DNA of 64,000 nucleotides, taken from sequence record NC_031126.1; one strand, written 5' to 3'. The translations under genes were made by a program, and so were the position numbers. Numbering within the stretch: the stretch's first letter is position 1; every line of letters begins with the position of its first letter. The notes below the pieces were generated by a model. The model was not told the DNA's origin, made no database searches, and saw only the letters and a program-made list of their open reading frames with translations. Of the stretch, positions 25,312-34,829 are shown piece after piece.

Positions 25312-26937
25312 ATGAGAATTGAGAAATATAAAGACAATGTTACCATCTTCCATAAAGGCGAAACGTTAGCTTTCATGAACGTGCCTGGAATCCGTAAGTC
25401 TCCTGGCCCAGACCTACGTGACCATGATGGGAAAGTTGTCACTCGCGACCAACTCCTGTTTAGTGAACTGAATCGTTATTGGGCTACTCTGAAAGAAGCC
25501 GAGAAGGATGAACTCTTCGAAGCATATTCCACGTTGAATGAAATCGCCAGTGAGTCGATGGATGTGATGCGTGAGTACGTGCCAAAAATCGTGGCGGTGA
25601 TTGCCAAGTACCACACCGATGCGGCTTACAAGAAGTTGTATCCGATTAGCAATGTGTTTATTCCGGATAAGTTGCATGCATCCTTTAATGACATGTCGCC
25701 GAATTATACCGAAGCAATGACGTATATCGTGCCGGATTATTATCAGTTGCTGATCATGACTCTCCGCGTGAAACCGTTCATTCCAGTCTTCAGTGTGCTG
25801 GGAGCGTATACCGGGGGTAAAGGGTTGTCTCAGGAAACCAAACGTCAGGTAGTGTACAACATTAACCTGGCCTTTGAAATGCTGTGCGAAACAGAACTGA
25901 TGTCGTCTCCAGCGATTGATAAGCTGTCTCGTTTCTTGACCAGCCTGGTAGAGAAATTCCAGAAGGAACTGAGCAACCGCAGCAATGGTACCAGTTTGAG
26001 CGTACTGGCATCTGTTGCGGGTTACGGTTCTGACATGATGGATGAGTATCTGCTGGCGTTGACTGTGGTGCGTCTATTGGCACTGCGTCCGGGTTATGCG
26101 GATTATCCAGATGGGCGCATGGAAGACAATTCAATCGTCTCCAGCATCTATTTTGGGATTCGTGCAGAAGTGGAAAGTGGATTCGCCAATCGTATCTCGG
26201 GCCAGAGCATCATCATGAAGCAACACCCAACTGCGGTGGTGTTCAATGGTGAGAAAGGGAAGGTCAGTGCAATCGACCTGGTGACGGCCCGCAGCATTGC
26301 GCCGATGAAAGAACCGATTCGTGCGGGTGTGATGTTTGTTGACTATCGTCGACACATCAAGTCCACTGAGTTGGATATTCCACCGGCACAGGTTAAAGTT
26401 CTGATTGATTCCATGCAGGTGAATCATACCGGTGTAACGTACGAATTGCATGAATGGTTAGTAGCGGCCGTGTGTCACCGCCGTACCGATTATCGTTCGT
26501 ACAAAGACATTGACCCAGATAAGTTCATCTACGCGATGGCGATAGCTCAAGCTATCTACCTGAACTACGGGATGTACGAAATCGCGCAGCTATTAAGTTG
26601 TGAGATGCTTCCGGGTAATGTCAGTGGCTATCCGTTCGATCCGGCAGACAGTGAACTGAAAATATCTACAGATAGATATTATCCTCAGGCATACCGTCCA
26701 CAACGGAATCAAGAACAACAGTCTGTTGTACGTACGTCATTGGATATTCTGGTACGCAACCACATCAGTCCTTACAGTTTCCATTTGAAGGCTAGTGATG
26801 AGGCGGCAGAGTTGCTGCACTGCAAACCAGATATCCCGCATTACCGTCCGGGTAACAATATCCTGACACAGCTCACTGAGATCCTTGGCATTCAGGCCCG
26901 TGGAAAACTCAAAGAAGTATCATGGTTTAACCAATAA
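25312..26937 (+). CDS. non-virion RNAP accessory subunit (phiKZ gp68-like)
   Basis: 541 aa, helical; size and position between ChmC-like and PicA-like genes (synteny inference). Confidence 0.7.
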   Translation: MRIEKYKDNVTIFHKGETLAFMNVPGIRKSPGPDLRDHDGKVVTRDQLLFSELNRYWATLKEAEKDELFEAYSTLNEIASESMDVMREYVPKIVAVIAKYHTDAAYKKLYPISNVFIPDKLHASFNDMSPNYTEAMTYIVPDYYQLLIMTLRVKPFIPVFSVLGAYTGGKGLSQETKRQVVYNINLAFEMLCETELMSSPAIDKLSRFLTSLVEKFQKELSNRSNGTSLSVLASVAGYGSDMMDEYLLALTVVRLLALRPGYADYPDGRMEDNSIVSSIYFGIRAEVESGFANRISGQSIIMKQHPTAVVFNGEKGKVSAIDLVTARSIAPMKEPIRAGVMFVDYRRHIKSTELDIPPAQVKVLIDSMQVNHTGVTYELHEWLVAAVCHRRTDYRSYKDIDPDKFIYAMAIAQAIYLNYGMYEIAQLLSCEMLPGNVSGYPFDPADSELKISTDRYYPQAYRPQRNQEQQSVVRTSLDILVRNHISPYSFHLKASDEAAELLHCKPDIPHYRPGNNILTQLTEILGIQARGKLKEVSWFNQ

Positions 26938-26948
26938 GGAGAATCTAA

Positions 26949-28658
26949 ATGAATGGCATGCTTTTGAAGTCCCTGCAAATCTTCCCGGTGTACGAAGTTC
27001 CAGAGCAGGTACGTCGCCGTATTGCAATTAGCGGTACAACGGGCGCAATGGATACACTGAGTGATGTGGTCGCCCAAGGTGGCCACGCCGCAGCGGGTAC
27101 TGCGGAATATCAGAATGCGTTGGCCGACATCGTCGGCTTCGATGCTACACCACAAGGATTTGAACGTCCTCTGGTAAACGTATCTGATAGTGATACGAAC
27201 ATTACCCAGTTCGCGTATGAAGCACGCGATACTGGTATCTACAACTTTGTCATGGTGTTGGTCGCCAACCCAATTAACGAAACCCGATCGCAGGAAGTCC
27301 AGTACGTTGTTACCGGCTATACTTCACAAGCAGAAACATCAATCATCAGCGGCCTGCTGCCAGATGACATGGTTCTTTACATTAACGACATCTACGGCAT
27401 GCAGACAACTTATCGTCGCAACGCCTTCGGTGAACGTGAAGTGGATGAGAACAGTTTCCGCATGATCGATAACTACGTTCTGTCCCGTTCTCTGGCACAC
27501 AACGAGTATCATGAAGCGAGCATCAACGCCATCAACATTACCAAGTCTGCGGACATGGTGAAGAAGATGAACCTTGGTTCTGGTGAGGCGATTATCCCTA
27601 CCGACCAAACGTTGTTTGCACCGGTTGCAACTACTACACCAACTCTGCTGGCGGGTAACCTGACGCAGCCTACGAACTTCGTTACTGCCATCTCCAACTC
27701 TTATCTGCGTACCATGGGTCGTGATAATGAGCTGAGCATGGTGGACAGTTTCTTCGAAGGTACGGGCGGTACGGCAGTGGAGCAGGAGTTGCAGAGCCTG
27801 GGCGTGGTGCGCCAGTTCACGAACTACGAGCTGGTGAAGTCATTCCGTCAGGCACTGAACAACAATACCGGTAACAGCAAAGAAGGTTGGAGTATTTCTA
27901 ACCGGGCCAGTTTCCGACTGCGTGATTTACGTGCAGCGTTAATGAACCCACAGCTGGTCGACGTACAGATTCAGAACTCCCTGTTCCTGGCATCCCGTTC
28001 CGGCGTAGGTCAGATTGATTCTACCGATCAGTGGATTGGTCGTAACGACTACTCAACCATGGGCTCACTGGTGAGCTATGACATGGCGATGCAGTTGGGT
28101 GCGATTCTCTCCCGTAACCTGGTAGGTCGCGTGAGCTTCATGTTCGATAACCGTTCAGCTGACTTCACTACTCAGCCAACGTTGAACGTCTACGAAGATT
28201 CACTGGAAGCAATCGCCAATGCACAGCTGCCCCGTATGCTGGCACAACGCCTGCTCTCCGATCTCCATGCCATGTTCGTGAAAGTTACAAAGCACAACCA
28301 CATTCGCTGCGCCGTTCACGTCGTGGCATTGTTGGGTACCGTCACTCGTGTGGAAATCTTAATGGATGGTGAACTCCAGAAGGAACGCTACACCTACGCC
28401 AGTTTCATGTCAGCTCGTCTGCATAACGGTAACACCACCAGTCTGGAATACGCCGGTCGTTTGGCGCAAAGCACCAGTAAACTGATGGACAGCATCGAAG
28501 ACGGCTTTGGCACGCATGAGCGCGGCAAAGGTAAAGACCGTCTGTTCTCCAACATCCCATCCGCACCGAATCAATCAACCGGTAACTCGTTACTGGATGG
28601 GGCGGAATCCAACATCATTCTGGGCGGCAGCATTAAGCGTAACAGCCTCCTGGATTAA
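26949..28658 (+). CDS. picA: PicA/Imp1-like phage-nucleus protein import factor (phiKZ gp69-like)
   Basis: 569 aa, AAGGAG SD; position after gp68-like and two genes before nvRNAP beta. Synteny-based call. Confidence 0.68.
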   Translation: MNGMLLKSLQIFPVYEVPEQVRRRIAISGTTGAMDTLSDVVAQGGHAAAGTAEYQNALADIVGFDATPQGFERPLVNVSDSDTNITQFAYEARDTGIYNFVMVLVANPINETRSQEVQYVVTGYTSQAETSIISGLLPDDMVLYINDIYGMQTTYRRNAFGEREVDENSFRMIDNYVLSRSLAHNEYHEASINAINITKSADMVKKMNLGSGEAIIPTDQTLFAPVATTTPTLLAGNLTQPTNFVTAISNSYLRTMGRDNELSMVDSFFEGTGGTAVEQELQSLGVVRQFTNYELVKSFRQALNNNTGNSKEGWSISNRASFRLRDLRAALMNPQLVDVQIQNSLFLASRSGVGQIDSTDQWIGRNDYSTMGSLVSYDMAMQLGAILSRNLVGRVSFMFDNRSADFTTQPTLNVYEDSLEAIANAQLPRMLAQRLLSDLHAMFVKVTKHNHIRCAVHVVALLGTVTRVEILMDGELQKERYTYASFMSARLHNGNTTSLEYAGRLAQSTSKLMDSIEDGFGTHERGKGKDRLFSNIPSAPNQSTGNSLLDGAESNIILGGSIKRNSLLD

Positions 28659-28667
28659 GGACTATCA

Positions 28668-30035
28668 ATGCACATTATCGCTTTCTATCAATCCGAACTG
28701 GAATCCCTGGGCTTCAACCGTGACGGCGACTTGCTGGTACACGCTGACGACGGGACTCCAGCGTACTTTACGTACAACAAAGAGAAGCGCCGTCTGGTGC
28801 TTCCTACCAGTGCCATGATTAAGAATGGCATGGAAGATCCACAGGGTCGAGAGTGTCATGCGTTCCACCCGCTGTGTGAATCTGTACTGGCTGGGGAATC
28901 AGGGACTATCCGCTTCTTGAAGAAAGCCATTCGTGCAAACGTCTGGCTGCGTACCATGGATTTGATTGATGTCATCATGGACATTAATGCATCCGGTAAG
29001 TCGGTACGTGCGGCAGCGTACAAGAAGTTCATGACCGAAATCATCTGCGAGGGTATTAAAGAACCAAAGCTGGATGAGAAGCTGAAATCCAGTTGGGTTG
29101 CTTTAAGTAATCACCTGACTGAAACGGTGGAGCCGAAGAAACAATCCAATCTGTACATCGCGTCGGATCTGTCTATTGACGGCACGAAGTATGTGCGTGT
29201 GGCAAACTTCAAGCATCTGTTTGAAGAAGAGTCACTGGATGATACCGCGACTTACTTCGGTGTGAAAATGCATCGTAAGCAGGACAAAGTTATTATTCAC
29301 CGCTTACTGATGACTATCATGGGTTGGTATCCAGACCTGTGTGGTTCTAACGACAACCGTCCGTACTTTGGTTGCCTGTCTCGTGGCTGGGCGCAGTATG
29401 TCATTAACTACAATCAGATTGTTAAAGGTCTACGTGATGTTAGTGGTCTGAAAACTCTGAGTGATGAATGGATCGGTCAGCTGGATTCCCTGTCGCAGTA
29501 CGACAACGTAATTCAGACTCTGCCGTTTAACACCGGTTCTGCATCAACTAACCCAGAGAAAGATACCACGCAACAACAGTATCGTGTCTCTAGCTCCCAG
29601 ACCAGTCTGCAAACTGAGCGTCGTATGGCGTCCGAAACAGCACAGCCTGCGGAAGAAGAAGGTTCGTTGGGTTCATTCTTCAAGAAACATTTGGGGAATA
29701 CCGATCGCTCCGGTAAACTGGATATCAACTCATTGCCGTTGGTACAACAACGTGCTTTGAAAGAATCTGGTCAGCTGATTAAGAAAGATGACAGCCCAAG
29801 CGTTACTGAGATTTCTCTGGTAAGCGTACATGGTGGTCGTAAGGCAGCACCTTCTCTGGGTTCACTGAACTCATCCAACTACGGTGATAATTCACTGTTG
29901 GGTGGTGGCAGTCAACAGCGTTTAGGTGGTATTGGTAACTTGGGTGGCGGATCACTGTTAGACAGTGGCCCATCCCTAGGCCCAATGAGCGGCAATCAGA
30001 ACACGCGTGGTTCTGGCGGCGGCTTTGCCTGGTAG
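28668..30035 (+). CDS. conserved core protein (phiKZ gp70-like) with Gly/Ser-rich disordered C-terminus
   Basis: 455 aa; contains FHPLCESVLAGESGTI; low-complexity tail ending GGFAW. Confidence 0.75.
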   Translation: MHIIAFYQSELESLGFNRDGDLLVHADDGTPAYFTYNKEKRRLVLPTSAMIKNGMEDPQGRECHAFHPLCESVLAGESGTIRFLKKAIRANVWLRTMDLIDVIMDINASGKSVRAAAYKKFMTEIICEGIKEPKLDEKLKSSWVALSNHLTETVEPKKQSNLYIASDLSIDGTKYVRVANFKHLFEEESLDDTATYFGVKMHRKQDKVIIHRLLMTIMGWYPDLCGSNDNRPYFGCLSRGWAQYVINYNQIVKGLRDVSGLKTLSDEWIGQLDSLSQYDNVIQTLPFNTGSASTNPEKDTTQQQYRVSSSQTSLQTERRMASETAQPAEEEGSLGSFFKKHLGNTDRSGKLDINSLPLVQQRALKESGQLIKKDDSPSVTEISLVSVHGGRKAAPSLGSLNSSNYGDNSLLGGGSQQRLGGIGNLGGGSLLDSGPSLGPMSGNQNTRGSGGGFAW

Positions 30036-30036
30036 G

Positions 30037-30080
30037 AAAAAAATAAATAAGAAGAAGGGACGAGTGTCCCTTCTTTTTTT
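30037..30080. terminator. bidirectional terminator
   Basis: A-run, AAGAAGGGAC-GAGT-GTCCCTTCTT, T-run. Confidence 0.8.
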
Positions 30081-30402
30081 AACTGATTATCGTTTCCAAA
30101 ACTTCGGCGACGGCCATAGATGTCGGTACACGCAGGGTTTGGAAATCGTCAGTGTTGAACATCATCGGCTCATCAATTCGGTTGATGAGCATGATCGGAT
30201 ATACTTGGTTAGGTTCCCACCCTACTAATTTACAGTAGGCGTAAAAGTTATGTATCTCAGGCCAAGCAAATCTCGGATCAATGGGGATAGTCTGAGTGTC
30301 TTTGTGATTACGCAGATACTCTGTGTGGTCTCGTAGAACGCGTCGTTTCACACTGTCCAGCGAGGGTACTACTTCATCCAAGGTAATGAACTTTTCGAGC
30401 AT
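30079..30402 (-). CDS. small LysM-like (T4 gp53 / P2 gpX-like) protein
   Basis: AAGGAG SD; YPIMLINRIDEPMMFNTDDFQTLRVP fits the I-x-x-N-x-I-x-D/E-P...L-x-I/V-P pattern. Confidence 0.6.
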   Translation of the reverse strand: MLEKFITLDEVVPSLDSVKRRVLRDHTEYLRNHKDTQTIPIDPRFAWPEIHNFYAYCKLVGWEPNQVYPIMLINRIDEPMMFNTDDFQTLRVPTSMAVAEVLETIIS

Positions 30403-30430
30403 GAGGTCTCCTTGAAAAGATTGTCGAATA

Positions 30431-30446
30431 TATATTATCTTGGTGG
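30431..30446 (+). promoter_or_regulatory. putative early promoter
   Basis: TATATTATCTTGGTGG, 28 nt before ATG 30474. Confidence 0.6.
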
Positions 30447-30473
30447 AGTAACCAAGAAGGAGTATTTAATAAA

Positions 30474-32687
30474 ATGAGCACACCGGTACAACTTGTCGGT
30501 TCACACGCAGACCGGGAGACTACATCACCTGAGCAGTCAGGTGCACGCGCATCAATGGTGGGTGGACATATGAAATCGGCAGCGCCGATTGACCATCCGC
30601 AACATACGCTGCATTTCACTGGGGCTGATGTAAACTACCACGATATTGTGTTTAACGATATAGTCGAAGATTCAGGCACGGTTTGTGTATATAACGATAA
30701 TGGGTCGCACAAGCGAGCCGTATTTACGCGTCACTCACGAGTTGGGCATCCTGCTCCTTTAGAACATGCAATCTTCTTCCGCCGTAGCGAGTCCAGTGCG
30801 GCAATGCATCACAAACCAGTGATTGATGTAATCGAGATTAATCACTACACGCATCACGATAACGTCTTCACGTCAGAGAAACGTACCACTGACAAACTGC
30901 GTGCGGTATTGCGTGGTGAAACGTTAATGCTTGACAAAGATGAAATGCTGACCACCATGAACTGCCAAAAAGATGGCGAGTTTGTGGATGGGGTTAACCT
31001 CCCTACGGTAACCATTTCACATCCGGATATCATTGAGGATTCCTACACCATCTCCACATATGCCGCAGAACAAATGCACGCGTATGGGTTAAAGGAAATC
31101 GAACTGGTACTCCGTGAAGATGAGTTCTTGCTGGATACTTACGGTGTGGATACACCGGATGGTCGTCGTCCTCAGTATTTCCCAGACGTCGGCCAAGCTG
31201 TCCGTTCAGATGGGTTAGTGATAGCTGCCCGTCAGTTCGATCCGCTGTATGCAGCGATTAATGCCAGTGCTGGTGAGTGTCAACATGCGTCACCGTGGTA
31301 CGACCACTGCGAATATGTCGATGCTGATCCCGACCACCATCAGAACCCGCTGCCAACCAATGGCTCGCGTGTTATTGATGTTCAGGTATGGCGTGATGAA
31401 ACCGGTATCCATAACGGCGTCAATAACATCCGTGCAACGGAAGAGAATAAACAAATTCTTGACCAGTACGCTTTGGGATTGAAGCAGTATTACCGTGACA
31501 TTGTTCGCTTCTACTTCACCGTCAAAGACGATGTGGTATGGTCACCAAAAGCCTGTGAGTTCCTGGAGAAAGCTTTCGCTTCGGAAACTCATGAAGTGTA
31601 CAGCGAATTCCGTAATGAAATTCGTGAAGTGGTTGAAGCGGCCGCCCGCCGTGGCGAATACAAACGTGCTGACCTGGAAAGTAAAGTCCTGAACAGACTG
31701 AATTCCCCGGTCGAGCGTATGTTACGCGACGTTATCAAAACCTACACCATACGTATCGTGGTGCGTTATCCGATCCCGGTTACAGTCTCCTCGAAGATTA
31801 CTGACCGCTCGGGTACCAAAGGGATTGTGGGTGCGGTTCTACCAGTTGAAGATATGCCGCTCGATGAGTTTGGTCAACGTGTCCATGTGTTGCGTTCCAT
31901 GAACGCCGTACCACGACGCTCAACTTACTCTGGCCTCTTCCACATCTATTGGTCTGCGGCGTCTGAGCAACTGAAGATGCGCTTGAAGCCTATCATTGAT
32001 AGCGGTGAAATTGATGAAGCCTTCAATATTCTGTTAGATTACCTCTCGCGGTATAATCCAGATTGGGCTAACGTGATTATGCAAGATCACGAAACCACGG
32101 AACGTAAGCGTGAACTCTTCAAAGAGATTTACGATTTCAGTATCCGTATTTGGATTCCGCATGAGAACCCGAAAAGCTCACTCCAGATGGCTAAAGACCT
32201 GGGTGAGTACGCACCGAAGAAATCGAAGCTGTTGCTGACGAACTACGACGGTGAGAAAGAATGGACGAAGAACGACTTCTACGTGGGTTATGTGGAAACA
32301 CTCCGCCTCGATAAGACCGGTCGTGAGTTCTCCTCTATCTCGTCGATGTTCACCAACTACTTGGGGATGATTGATGCATCCAACCAGGGGCGTGGTTCGT
32401 ACCCGATTAACTACTCTGCGAAGAAGTGGGGTGGTGAGTCTGAGCACCGGCTGTGCGATGGCTACGGGCAGGGGATGTTTGATGAAGTGCACAACCGTTC
32501 GAATTCACCAGACGTACATCGCGTCATGGTCGAAGGGATGTACTTATCGCCGACACCAAGTAACCCAGGTTATCTGGTAGACCGCAATAAATATCCGCTG
32601 GGTGATTCGCAAGTCGATCGCATGATCGATAACATTCACCGTTGTGAAGGGTTCGTATTGGTTCGTCCAGAGAGGGAGGATAATTGA
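30474..32687 (+). CDS. non-virion RNA polymerase beta C-terminal subunit (phiKZ gp71-73-like)
   Basis: SSKITDRSGTKG corresponds to GDKxxGRHGNKG; also HPDIIEDS, VEDMP and KKWGGESEHR. Confidence 0.9.
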   Translation: MSTPVQLVGSHADRETTSPEQSGARASMVGGHMKSAAPIDHPQHTLHFTGADVNYHDIVFNDIVEDSGTVCVYNDNGSHKRAVFTRHSRVGHPAPLEHAIFFRRSESSAAMHHKPVIDVIEINHYTHHDNVFTSEKRTTDKLRAVLRGETLMLDKDEMLTTMNCQKDGEFVDGVNLPTVTISHPDIIEDSYTISTYAAEQMHAYGLKEIELVLREDEFLLDTYGVDTPDGRRPQYFPDVGQAVRSDGLVIAARQFDPLYAAINASAGECQHASPWYDHCEYVDADPDHHQNPLPTNGSRVIDVQVWRDETGIHNGVNNIRATEENKQILDQYALGLKQYYRDIVRFYFTVKDDVVWSPKACEFLEKAFASETHEVYSEFRNEIREVVEAAARRGEYKRADLESKVLNRLNSPVERMLRDVIKTYTIRIVVRYPIPVTVSSKITDRSGTKGIVGAVLPVEDMPLDEFGQRVHVLRSMNAVPRRSTYSGLFHIYWSAASEQLKMRLKPIIDSGEIDEAFNILLDYLSRYNPDWANVIMQDHETTERKRELFKEIYDFSIRIWIPHENPKSSLQMAKDLGEYAPKKSKLLLTNYDGEKEWTKNDFYVGYVETLRLDKTGREFSSISSMFTNYLGMIDASNQGRGSYPINYSAKKWGGESEHRLCDGYGQGMFDEVHNRSNSPDVHRVMVEGMYLSPTPSNPGYLVDRNKYPLGDSQVDRMIDNIHRCEGFVLVRPEREDN

Positions 32688-34786
32688 TGGAAGCTCGTGC
32701 AGTCCATGTGCGTGACTTGCGTAATCTGGATTCAAACAAAATCTGGAAAGTACGCGGTCGCTATGACGTAACGTTTGATGATGGTGTAACGAAGCCGATG
32801 TCTGGTCGCCACATCAAACTGAGCTGGCCGTACTGGGGTATGTCGCGTTTCTATCCGAATGTGCCAACGCCATCCACGTTGTGTTATCAGCGTGGTGGCG
32901 AATGGTCGACGGACGATCGCCATCTCGAGCTGATGTCACAAGCTGCGCTCCTGGCCCGTAAAGCCGGGATAGATTTGGCGGATACCCGTTACATTCTCAG
33001 CCAGCATGTATACGCGGATGCGTTCAACCTCACCGTAAAGAATCTGTTGTCTTTCTGTACTACTATCGACATCGATACGCTGTTACAGATTTACGACCAC
33101 CCGGAATATCAAATCATCCACGAGTGGATGAAGATGTATCCGTCGGGGTATGATTCCGAAGGGAAGGACTACGTTAACGAAGCGTACATCATCATTGACA
33201 AAATCATCAAGTCGCCGGAACTGTTCGGCAACCCGTTGGCGATGTCGGTGGTAGATAAGACGCTGAAGCTCGATCAGGTGCTCCAGGCATTCGTGCGTGG
33301 TAAAACCTCCGAGATTGATTCGCGTGTCTATACCAACCAAGTATGGGAAGGTTTCTTCACTGGACTGAATACGGTTATCAGCCGTCTGAAAGAATCCGGT
33401 GCAACTTCCCGTGCGCACCTGTACAACACCGATAAGATCGCCGAAGCAGAATACGGTTCGCGCAAGCTGCAATTAGCGGCCAACGTGTTGACCCATTTCA
33501 CGCTGGACGATTGTGGTACCACACATTGGCACAACCACACCTTCCGTGATAACGAAGGGGAAAAAGCGAAGTTCTCGGCCATGGTCGGGATGCGTTATCG
33601 CTTTGTGGGTGAAACCGGTGAGTGGCGCGTCTTCGAGAAAGGTCACTTCGAAGATGTGGTGGATAAACCGTTGCACTTCCGTACAGCCATGTCCTGTCTC
33701 CATATGCGTAAGCAAGGGGTCTGTGCTGTCTGTATGGGTGACTTGGTGTACAACCTCTCGGAGAAAACCTCTCCGGGTCATCTGGCCTCAACTTCTATCT
33801 CGGAAAAAGGTACACAGGGTATCCTGTCAACCAAGCACCTTGACTTCTTGCGTTACCTGTTCAAGCTGGTAATCTCTGGACGAATTGGTGCGTACTTTGA
33901 CGAATATGCGAAGGGATCAGAGAAAGGTCTGCATCTGAAGAGCAAACCAGAGTTCGGTAACTGGGATGAATACGTCATGGTCGTTAACGACAAGATGCAT
34001 TCCGAAATCAGTCAGGTCGCGTATTATGACAACCTGGATGACATCGACGAAACCAGTCTACCGGATGTAACGGATGTGACATTTACCCGCTTGAATAAAG
34101 AAGGGGAACCGATCGGAGGTGAATCCTTAGATGTCCGTATGGGCGTATGTGGAAACTTCTCGAAACAGTTCCTGGCTTTCTTCTTGAAGGTACGTGACAA
34201 GGTACAATACATCAAGAAAGGTGAGATTCGTATCCCACTGGCCGGATGGAAAACCAAACAACCGTTCCTGGTGTACACCAACCGTTCTGAATCCATGGCA
34301 GAGTTCGTTGCTGGTCTTGAGACTAAGCTGCGTTCGATTGCTGCGGATAAGAATGAAGACCCGGTGGACTTCACGACCGATGCAACTGTGAAGATGGGCA
34401 AAGATGGTCGTGTGAAAACACTGACCTTGGTGGAGATGGGTGGGTCTACCGAAGCGCAATGTACGTACGCGCTGTTCGATACCTTCCGCTACATTAAGCG
34501 TAAACTGAGTGGCATTCCGATGACACACATTGCGATTATGTTGGCTATCTCCCGTGTTGAATCTCCGACCAACCCGTTCCCGGCAGCAGGCTTCGATTCT
34601 GAAGAAGCAGTCAATGGATTGGGCAAACGGTTCTTAGACCACAACACGTTGATTGCGATTCGTTCTGCGGCACCAATGTTCTTCTTCCAAGGACAGCAGG
34701 ATAATATCAACCAGCCAGGTTTCTTTACCGATCGTAAAATCCCGGCCTCGTTATACGACGGGTCGTTCAAAACTCGGTTGCATTAA
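32687..34786 (+). CDS. non-virion RNA polymerase beta' C-terminal subunit (phiKZ gp74-like)
   Basis: Bridge-helix-like RAHLYNTDKIAEAEYGSRKLQ, DDCGT, Zn motif CLH...CAVC, and GTQGILSTKH trigger-loop motif. Confidence 0.9.
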   Translation: MEARAVHVRDLRNLDSNKIWKVRGRYDVTFDDGVTKPMSGRHIKLSWPYWGMSRFYPNVPTPSTLCYQRGGEWSTDDRHLELMSQAALLARKAGIDLADTRYILSQHVYADAFNLTVKNLLSFCTTIDIDTLLQIYDHPEYQIIHEWMKMYPSGYDSEGKDYVNEAYIIIDKIIKSPELFGNPLAMSVVDKTLKLDQVLQAFVRGKTSEIDSRVYTNQVWEGFFTGLNTVISRLKESGATSRAHLYNTDKIAEAEYGSRKLQLAANVLTHFTLDDCGTTHWHNHTFRDNEGEKAKFSAMVGMRYRFVGETGEWRVFEKGHFEDVVDKPLHFRTAMSCLHMRKQGVCAVCMGDLVYNLSEKTSPGHLASTSISEKGTQGILSTKHLDFLRYLFKLVISGRIGAYFDEYAKGSEKGLHLKSKPEFGNWDEYVMVVNDKMHSEISQVAYYDNLDDIDETSLPDVTDVTFTRLNKEGEPIGGESLDVRMGVCGNFSKQFLAFFLKVRDKVQYIKKGEIRIPLAGWKTKQPFLVYTNRSESMAEFVAGLETKLRSIAADKNEDPVDFTTDATVKMGKDGRVKTLTLVEMGGSTEAQCTYALFDTFRYIKRKLSGIPMTHIAIMLAISRVESPTNPFPAAGFDSEEAVNGLGKRFLDHNTLIAIRSAAPMFFFQGQQDNINQPGFFTDRKIPASLYDGSFKTRLH

Positions 34787-34789
34787 TAC

Positions 34790-34816
34790 AGAGGGGCCAT
34801 GTGCCCCTCTTTTTTT
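34790..34816 (+). terminator. intrinsic terminator
   Basis: AGAGGGGC-CATGT-GCCCCTCT plus T-run. Confidence 0.8.
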
Positions 34817-34829
34817 GTAGAGGGGCAAC

